The position numbers were made by a program, and so were the translations under genes. Shown piece after piece: positions 54,803 through 64,000 of a stretch of 64,000 nt of DNA; positions within the stretch are counted from its first letter, which is position 1; each line of letters opens with the position of its first letter. Below the pieces are notes generated by a model. The model was not told the origin of the DNA. It ran no database searches and was given only the letters and a program-made list of their open reading frames with translations. Where the stretch lies: the NCBI RefSeq assembly GCF_006345805.1, contig NC_043014.1, forward strand, positions 54,250,001 to 54,314,000. The letters are read 5' to 3'. Origin of the DNA: Octopus sinensis. Lineage: Eukaryota.

Positions 54803-55378
54803 TATCTACATACACACACACGACAGGCATCTTTCAGTTTTCACATGGCGGTAGTCGGCTCGAAGAAATTTACCCAAGATGCCACGCAGTGGAACTGAAC
54901 CCGGAACCATATGGTTGGAGAGCAAGCACAGCCACCTGTGCATTTCTTGTCCTTTATTTTAAGTAAATTCATATTTGGTCTCACCGAGAAAGAGTGGCTA
55001 TTTTTGCTGAACCACAAATTCTTGCTCTCTTCAGCCAGAGATTTATCTAACTAGTTTCAGCATTTATTAACAGCTCATCAGTGATCAGTTACTAATCCCT
55101 GCTTATAGAGATTGTGGTAATTTATAGGTATTTATTAGCGTGCACATCGATATTTTTTTTGTGGACACAGAGGACAAGAAAAGAGAAAGTATGTGACTTC
55201 CACCACGGTGTGTACCTTGTCACAATAACATGATATCTATGTTTACTAAGAATCATACGCTCGTAAATATATCTCACATTTCTCCTCAGCTCAACTCTGG
55301 GCAAGTTTTGCATTAATATGTATGTTAAATTTATCGCCACGTTTAAGTGGCGATAAACATATGCAATATGTATGTGTT

Positions 55379-55543
55379 GAAGGCGGCGAACTGGCAGAAT
55401 CTGAGTTCAAATTCCGCGAAGGGCGACTTTGCCTTTTATCTTTACGGGGTCGATAAAATAAGTACCAGTTGAGCACTGGGGTCGATGTAATCGACTAACC
55501 CCATCCATCGAAATTGCGGGCTTTGTACCAAAATTTGAAACGA

Positions 55544-55545
<2 letters not shown>
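55379..55545 (+). mobile_element. Internally deleted SINE family A
   Basis: AGGCGGCGAACTGGCAGAA joined directly to TCTGAGTTCAAATTCC..., followed by the family core. Confidence 0.8.
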
Positions 55546-55591
<46 letters not shown>

Positions 55592-55628
55592 TGTGTGTGA
55601 TATACGCACCGATATTAGTTACTTAAGT

Positions 55629-55951
55629 GTGGAGACGCAATAGCCCAGTGGTTAGGGCAGCGGTCGCGGTCATAGGATCGTGGTTTCGATTCCCAGACTG
55701 GGTATTGTGAGTGTTTATTGAGCGAAAACACCTAAAACTCCACGAGGCTCCGGCAGGGGAGCAGTGGCGAACCCCTGCTGTGCTCTTCCACCACAACTTT
55801 CTCTCACTCTTTCTTCCTGTTTCTGTTGTACCTGTATTTCTCCCCGTGTCTGTGGAGTGCTCAGCCACTTGCACGTTAATTTCACGACCTGGCTGTTCCG
55901 TTGATTGGATCAACGGGAACTCTTGTCGTCGTAACCGATGGAGTGCCGTAG
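55629..55951 (+). mobile_element. Distinct tRNA-derived SINE (family E), full length
   Basis: GGAGACGCAATAGCCCAGTGGTTAGGGC A-box and GGTTTCGATTCCC B-box head; 13-bp TSD TAGTTACTTAAGT at 55616-55628 and 55952-55964. Confidence 0.85.
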
Positions 55952-57102
55952 TAGTTACTTAAGTAATGAATGCGTAAAGGAGAAGTTAATACGAAGTGTT
56001 GTGTAATTTAAGATAATGTCACTCCACACGCACACACACAATTGAAGAATGCAATGGGATCGTTCTGACAACGCGAAAGCCAATCATTCTCATCCCATAA
56101 CTGGACTATTTACCTCTGCTACTGATATATTTGTATTTTTAAACACAGTACGTCCGTAAGAGATAAAAATCTCCAGACGAATTCCGCAGTTAATTTGCCT
56201 TTCCTGGTGTATGATACACACATGGCTATTTTGATCTAATACTGTTTCTCTTGCATATAACCGATGTGTGTGTGTGAGCGCGCGCAAGTATATATATGTA
56301 TGTATATGTATTATCTATATGTATGTATGTATGTATGTGTGTGTGTGTATGTATGTATGTATGTATGTATGTATATGTGTATGTATGTATGTATGTATGT
56401 GTGTATGTACGTATATGTGTATGTATGTATAAATATATATAATATATATGTGTGTGTGTGTGTGTGTGCGTGTGTATGTCCGTGTATATATGTATGTATG
56501 TATGTACAGTTATTTTTTCTGTTGCATAAATGTTTGTTTGTTTTTTTTTATTCCCATATTCAAGATGGTCTTTGTGTGTCTTTTCTTGGCAATATTGCCG
56601 AGAAGCATCTTTTTTTCTTTGGGAGTTGAAGCGTTAAATCTGAGCGAAAACAATTTAATAGCCGAGAGAAAGAGGGAGAGGGAGAGAGAGAAAGGAGTGA
56701 AAGATAGAAAGGGGGGGGGGAATGAGAGACAGACAGAGAAAGGAGTAAAAGATAGAAAGGGGGGGAAATGAGAGACAGACAGAGAAAGGAAAGATCGGAG
56801 ATGTAAAATATGGAATTTCCAAACACTAATTCACACCTATATTTCACAGTTTCTGCTCTAAATTCAGGCTATTTGTGGTTGATCCGAAAGCGCTCACTTG
56901 GCTTTTATCTTGACATCGTGTCTCTGATTGTTGAAGGACCAACTGAAACAACAACAACCACAACAACCAACGCTAAAGGGATTTTTATAGTTCAGAGCAA
57001 TGAGATATCAATCCTCGATGAACCGACTTATGAGGAAGACGTTGCAGCCGTGACTACCACGTCTTGTTTTATACTTTAAAAAGAAAAAAAAAGAAGACTA
57101 TT

Positions 57103-57510
57103 GTGTGATTTGAAAGAGATTTCGTCCCTATATCTAGCATTTTGAGTGACCAGGTACAAACAAGCACCTTCGTTGGCTCATGCATACATAATACTGTAGG
57201 GCTTAATTTGAAAGAGATTTGAATGCTATTTCTAGCATTTTGAGTAACCACATAGAAGAATTTTCGTTAACTCATACATCTGTAAGACAGAAGGGTGTGA
57301 TTTAAGTGATTTAACTGATATCTCTAGCATTTTGAGTGACCACGTAAGACACCTTTGTTGGTTCATTCATACACACGACAGCAGAGTGCGATTTGAGGGA
57401 GATTTAGCTGCTATTTCTAGTATTTTGAGTGACCATATACAGGCAACACAGTAAGGTATGACCTAAGGGGGGCGGTTCAGCTGCTATTTCTAGCAGACCG
57501 AGTGACTGCA
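57103..57510 (-). repeat. Diverged tandem array of about 5 units of 70-100 bp from family D
   Basis: GATTTGA(A/G)(A/G)GAGATTT...CTATTTCTAGCATTTTGAGTGACCA recurs near 57103, 57202, 57295, 57386 and 57456. Confidence 0.8.
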
Positions 57511-57801
57511 TAATAGTATTCTCATCGTCTCTAAAGTGGTTTCTCTTGTAAATAAAATGGTGCTTTCAGAATTGTCCAATTTTCGTCCGTTTCTCAGTGG
57601 AACGCAACCAACACCAAGTTTAATAACTTCTTATAGATTGCATACATTCGACTCAACGAAAACGAGGCTCTCAAGCAAAAAATTCTCCATTTTTTTGTCT
57701 CTTCTTTTCTTTCTAATTATTTTATTATTTCAGCCAAACATTCACAAAAACAAATGTCATTTTGTCGTATCTTTTACTTGTTTCAGTCTTTAGACTGCGG
57801 C

Positions 57802-57842
<41 letters not shown>

Positions 57843-58607
57843 ACACACACGTTAATCCTGTGTCAAATGCGCTGTGCTTACTGATAGGCCCTCAATGTTT
57901 GTTGTCTGTTTGTCCCCCACCACCACCACCATCGCTTGACAACCGATGTTGGTGTGTTTACGTCCCTGTAACTTAGCGGTTCGACAAAAGACACCGATAG
58001 AATAAGTTACTGGGCTTACAAAGAATAAGTCCTGGGGGTCGATTTCTTCGATTAAAACCTCTTTAAGGCGGTGCTCCTGCATGGCCGCAGTCAAATGACT
58101 GAAACAAGTAACAGAAAGAATAAACGAAAGAATATGTGTGCGTGTGTGTGTGTGTGTGCGATCGTTTCGACCCCTCGTGTACCAGCGCCTCGAGGGTGAG
58201 GTGCTGTTCCTTCTCTCATACTTTATAAAACTGCGGACCCGAAGGAATTCCTGAAGTAAATCCATACTGCTGGTGACATGAGGTAGCCGAATGCAGTGAA
58301 CAGGCTTTAAACAGCATACTACAATGTGTATGCCCGAGTATAAAATTATTAATTATACATAGATACATACGTGTGTGTGTAGTGTTCACTCATTGCCTGT
58401 CACCAAGCCTAGTCTGTGCACTGGTCCTGCACCTCTTTACCAACTGTCTATGTATTCATCTTTTACTCTCTCTCTCTCTCTCTCTGTACGATGTAAAGCG
58501 GGATTGCAGAATTCAACCAACCGACCGACCAAACAGCATTTATATCGGCTATTATTAGAGATCAATAGAAAATATATAATTATTGTTTAATGTAGCAAAG
58601 TAATGTA

Positions 58608-59005
58608 GCAGGAGTGGCTGTTTGGTAAGTAGCTTGCTTACCAACCACATGATTCCGGGTTCAGTCCAACTGCGTGGCACCTTGGGCAAGTGTCTTCTGC
58701 TATAGCCTCGGGCCAACCAAAGCCTTGTGAGTGGATTTGGTAGACAGAAACTGAAAGAAGCCTGTCATATATATGTATATATATATGTATGTGTGTGTGT
58801 GTTTGTGTGTCTGTGCTTGTCTCCCTAGCATTGCTTGACAACCGATGCTGGTGTGTTTACGTCCCCGTTACTTAGCGGTTCGGCAAAAGAGACCGATAGA
58901 ATAAGTACTGGGCTTACAAAGAATAAGTCCCGGGGTCGAGTTGCTCGACTAAAGGCGGTGCTCCAGCATGGCTGCAGTCAAATGACTGAAACAAGTAAAA
59001 GAGTA
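58608..59005 (+). mobile_element. Near-intact SINE family B
   Basis: Same head, core and tail as 43674-44115. Confidence 0.9.
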
Positions 59006-59220
59006 ATAGAACATGAGCGTGAAGAGGGTTCCTCTCCCACCTGTTTTAGCATCCAGAAATGGAAGGGGCGCAGGGAAATGGAGAGGAGCGGCCCTAGAAA
59101 CCGCGGTAACCTTAGTGAGAGAAGCTCAAAATCCAAAATCAAGTCTCACCAATTTATTCGGTGGGTGTTTATTTGAAATATTTCTTTTTCAAGCGTGTAG
59201 AATAAAGGACTAACATCGAC

Positions 59221-59560
59221 TTAGTTAGTTAATTTTTTGGCTCAAAAAGCAAAAACGCAAGGCCATGTAGGGGGACATGGAGTTATGTACAGGGTGGTGT
59301 TCATGTAAAGAGTTCAGGCCACTTGAAGTCAAGGGAGACTTTGAACAAAGCGGTCGTCGGCGTCTTCACTATCTCGTCTGGCAGCTTGTTCCACAGATCC
59401 GCAACCCGGACGGAGAAAGCCCCTCTCCTTCGTTTGAGATGAAATCGTCGCAGATAGAGCTTTTCGGAATGACCCCGCAGCCGACGCTCTGGAGCAGGAG
59501 TGAAGAACAGCTCTTTCGAGAGGTTACACTTTCCGCTATTGATGTTGTGCCTTGAGTTAT
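59221..59560 (-). mobile_element. CR1-type LINE 3' fragment (RT C-terminus, 3' UTR, (TAAC)n tail)
   Basis: NINSGKCNLSKELFFTPAPERRLRGHSEKLYLRRFHLKRRRGAFSVRVADLWNKLPDEIV...FKVSLD is the typical CR1/L2-group C-terminus (RGHS.KL...F..RV...WN.LP). A UTR stem CATGT...ACATG and an AACTAACTAA tail follow. Confidence 0.85.
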
Positions 59561-60183
59561 AAGCCACTGAATCGGTCGTTGAATCAGGTTTAAACACTAT
59601 CACATCTCAGTGAACAGGTACGGTGTGTCGGGACGAGATCAAAGATGGTAGACGCAACACTTGAAGCAGTAGCAACAGAGAGAGAGGGGGAGAGAGATGC
59701 TGGAGGAAAGAGAGAGAGAGATAGAGAGAGATGAGACTAACATCTGGAGAGTATATCATTAAGATGAATTCAGGATAACCTTATCATTTTCCCATTTAAT
59801 TTCTAAACTTTTATATAAGCATTTTTTATCGAAATTTGATAAACTTGCCATCTCTCGTATGTACCTTTGAAAATTAAAATATTTATCTCTTTTTACACGC
59901 CTCTGCGTGAGACAAAAACAAGAAAACAAGAAAGAAAAAAAGGCCACGACATTGTGAATATAGAATATGGAGAATACATCGCTAAATTAATGTGGTATTT
60001 ATAATAAAAAGCTTTGGCACAGCTTTTAGTTCAATGAAATGATTAAAGGCGCCATTTTGTTGAGCGATAAACATTTTTGTTAATCTGCAGCGACATTATC
60101 ACTCGTTTTCTTTGAAGAAGCAACACTCTGCTCGCTTTCTTTCTTTCTTTCTATCTTTTTTCAATATAGATGACTCACTGTAC

Positions 60184-60265
<82 letters not shown>

Positions 60266-60354
60266 ATATACACATATACACACACGCACACGTACAATAT
60301 ATATACTCACATACATAAGTATACATACACACACACATATATATATTATATATA

Positions 60355-60444
<90 letters not shown>

Positions 60445-61865
60445 ATGTATGATGTATGACTCTCATACATACGTACGTACACACATGAAGATATAATTCG
60501 GAATGGAAGGAACTGGTGACGATGGATCTGCGTTAACGGTTTATTGCCAGTCGAGAAGGGTTTGTTGGGTGTCAGTAAGTTCGATTCCCGGCAGGAGCTG
60601 ACTAATGATATTTAAAGCGCTGAATTGTCGAAATGCTTTGCAGCCAGTGTTCGGAGTTCAAATCCAACACAAGTCAATTTTGTTGTCTTTTCTCTCTGAA
60701 TCAAGGCATATAAACTTCTCCGCCTGGAATGGTAAACTGGCAGGAGTCGTCAGAGCGCCCGGACAGAATGCCTTGCGTCGTTTGTTTTCGGCACTTCGTA
60801 CTTTGCGTTCAAATCCGGCCGTGGCCAACCAACCTATCAAGGAGCGTTTTGAAATTCTTCACCTCCTGTCCGTCCACACATTTGTAGTTTAGTCGGTCAT
60901 GAATGGCTTTAAAGGGATGGTTTATGGTATACAACCTGCTGAGAGCAGATATATGACGGGTGGTGGTGGTGGAGACGACGGTGTCGATGCTGAGGAGGAA
61001 GATGACGATGATGACGATAATGATTGATTGATTGATTCTATCTGCCATTGGCAAGCAACAAAACATCTATAACGACAACGACAACAACAACAGCGGGCGT
61101 ATTTCGTCTCTTGCTGAGAAGGTCTGATTAGATTAGAACGTGTTCAACGTAACGAACGACCATATTTGCCAGATTACATTAAATAAACATCAAACAGATT
61201 AATTAACTGCTAATCATCCTGCTAATGTCTTCGTCTCCTCGCTGCATGAATAATTCAAATTTTCAAATAATTCAAATTTCGGGACTGTCGCCCCTCATCC
61301 CCCCCCCCATCGGATCTAATTCACATCAGTTATTCGGCTTATTTCTACTCTTCCCTACAAACATAAATTTAATTAATTCAATTAATATTATCATTATTAT
61401 TTTCAAGACTGGCAAAATCGTAAAGTGCATCCGACAAAATGCTTAACAGTAATTATTCCGGCTCTTGACGTGGTTCTGTGTTCATTTCCCATCGAAATCA
61501 ATTTTGCTTCTCATCTTTTCGGGGTCGATAAAATAAAGTACCAGCCACATGTGGGATCGATCTAACCGACTTACCCGTCCCCTCAAAAATGTTCCAAAAT
61601 CACAAAGATTTTTATTTCTTCATCTATATACTATTAAATAAGTCACTAGTTTTTCAACTGTCCCTTTTTCTCTTTGCGTACCCATTTTTACCCCCGAATC
61701 GTTATTTTGGATCTGTTCTCCCCGTTGCTTTGATCGATCTGTTTCACCAATATTTCTCCAAGCATTCCTTGTGTAGACAAATCTGGATTAATTTTCGTTT
61801 CTAGATCCGTCCTAATATTGTTGACATATCATCCTTTACACAACGCTTCAAACAGTTTGCCATTC

Positions 61866-61924
<59 letters not shown>

Positions 61925-62333
61925 TGATGATGATGATGATGATGATGATGCTGATGATGATAATAACAAACTAATGCACATGACTATCAAGTCTCATACG
62001 AAGGCCACACCATAACGAGATAATTTTTTATTGTTGTTGCGATGTATGCATATATGGCACCCAACGGTTCTTTGGTTCTTTAAGGTCGGTTGATATTTAT
62101 GGTGGCTAATGTTCTTAGAACATAACTATGAACATGAAACAATCTCATTTACTTCCGCCATAAAATCTCAGACTCTGCGTCGATTATAAACAATCAATGT
62201 CTGTTTATCTTTTCCGCTGGCAACGATTTAATAATCTCTCTTTTGAAATGGCAAAGATATTTTATTGCACTTTGGATGAGGCTGGTCTTCTTCATGTATA
62301 CGCATGCGTGCACGTATGTCTGAGGTACCTACA

Positions 62334-62415
<82 letters not shown>

Positions 62416-63021
62416 CTCTTTCTCTCTCTCTCTGCCTGCGCCTCTGTGTGTGTGTGTGTGTGTGTTTGGTGGAACAAACAGGAGCAGTAGAACTCAATAC
62501 ACGAGTGATTAAACAGTTTGTTATTATTTTTAATTGGTGATAATTTATAAAGGTGGCTCAAGGGCCAGGAGTTTCGTTCATGGACATATTAAAGGAACCT
62601 ACATAAAGCTGTATGTGGGGGTGGGGCGAGTAAGGCAGGGTTTTTAGAGCACCGGATAGGATACGTTGCAATTAATTTGTGTTCCGGCCACAGGTGGTTC
62701 GCTTTCAAACTGAATAGTACAAGTTATCAGTTCAGCCTCACTTGCGAGTGATGACTGTTACGTTGTAACACGTGACCCAACCCCGTGGTTACGTAGTTCA
62801 GTACTATTTAACATGGCTGCCAGTTCGAAGAAGGAAGGTTGATTGTTCAATGGAATAAGGCTTCGAAAAACTAAATGTTCTCTTGTGATAATGGATTTAT
62901 TTGAAGAAATGCTTTCCTGTGGGACTTCGTTATTCGACACAAATAAAGTACTTTGATGAAGGAGATCTATATGATAGATGTTCTAAGCATGACCATCCCA
63001 GCGAATCCTCTGGCATAATAT

Positions 63022-63253
63022 CTATTTCTTTACTACCCACAAGGGGCTAAACACAGAGGGAACAAACAAGGACAGACAAACGGATTAAGTCGATTACATT
63101 GACTCCGGTGCGAAACTCGTACTTAATTTATCGACCCCGAAAGGATGGAAGGCAAAGTCGACCTCGGCGGAATTTGAACTCGGAACGTATCGACAGACGA
63201 AAAACGGCCACGCATTTCGCCCGGCGTGCTAACGGTTCTGCCAGCTCGCCGCC
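63022..63253 (-). mobile_element. Young full-length SINE family A
   Basis: 16-bp TSD TCCTCTGGCATAATAT at 63006-63021 and 63254-63269. Confidence 0.92.
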
Positions 63254-64000
63254 TCCTCTGGCATAATATATCCAGGGCTACACTATCCAATGTGCCTTTG
63301 CTTTTTCAAGGCGACAGGCGGCAATTTAATGGAGCTTTGACTTCTCTTCCGAACAGGTTGAACTCCCTACGTTGATCTGAAGTATTTTTTCAAACAAGAC
63401 TAAATGTAACACTGACGAAGAACGTCGCTTTTTGTGTGGTCCTGTTCGGTCGAGGCGGACTCCTCTCTTAATATTGGTGGTACGGATTCATCAGGCAACC
63501 AACCTAGTATCCTAATATATTGACTATGAAATTAGAAGACCAGCATCTCCCACATTTTCAGAAGCGTTCGTTATTGGCCATTAGACACAATAATCTCGCC
63601 TGATCCCATTAAACTAACACCCACACTTCTAATGGCTTAGTCGGACGAATGAGCGTTTGCAGGGCGTCCATTACTGAGGGCAGGATTGAAGGGTTTACCC
63701 ACAGACTAAACACTTGGCTTGAAGGTGTGCAACAGAGTGGATTCCGCTACAGGTACCCGAGAAGCAGTTGGTGGTGTTAAACCGGGCAACAGATTAGTCC
63801 AACACCCAAGAACAGGAACAGTCCCTCTGGCATGCTTCCACACAGTTTCCGTCTGCCAAATTCCGTTCACCAGGCTTTGGTTTACCCGGGGCTCTATCAG
63901 AAGACAACTTTCGAAATACACATCACCCACGATAAACACAGGGTATCAGTAACTGACAAACCCCGATCGAGATTTTTTTGCCCACCTCAGTTGTGTGGTT

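Noticed and set aside
55629-55705. tRNA gene
   Set aside because: It has A and B boxes but no proper cloverleaf or terminator, and it continues into a SINE body with TSDs. The same applies to the heads near 8555 and 43676.
61113-61135. RNase P CR-I-like GAAGGTCTGA
   Set aside because: No complementary CR-V/P4 partner (e.g. TTCAGAC) downstream.

Overview
AT-rich, microsatellite- and SINE-dense animal genomic DNA. The repeat families resemble those of an octopus (coleoid cephalopod); this is an inference from repeat content. No complete protein-coding gene, rRNA, true tRNA gene or CRISPR array is supportable. Almost all ORFs in the track are microsatellite or repeat read-throughs. Protein-level homology is seen only in decayed transposons: a Penelope-like RT (20.5-21.7 kb, -), a hAT transposase C-terminus in a 587-bp deletion derivative (21.7-22.3 kb), a HERO-type non-LTR 3' end (22.9-23.3 kb, +), an R4/Dong-type LINE (37.0-39.4 kb, +) and a CR1-type 3' end (59.2-59.6 kb, -). 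There are also many tRNA-derived SINEs (several with perfect 13-20 bp TSDs) and piggyBac-, hAT- and Tc1/mariner-type MITEs. A sharp CpG-poor to CpG-rich transition near 22 kb, plus several minus-strand splice signals, suggests the left third is the methylated body and 5' UTR region of a leftward-transcribed gene whose coding exons lie mostly or wholly outside the window. The most unusual observations are two orphan hammerhead-ribozyme-like motifs, a pseudoknot-capable HERO 3' UTR, and TE-derived long hairpins (possible dsRNA/ADAR substrates). I cannot support a wholly new biological system from the sequence alone.
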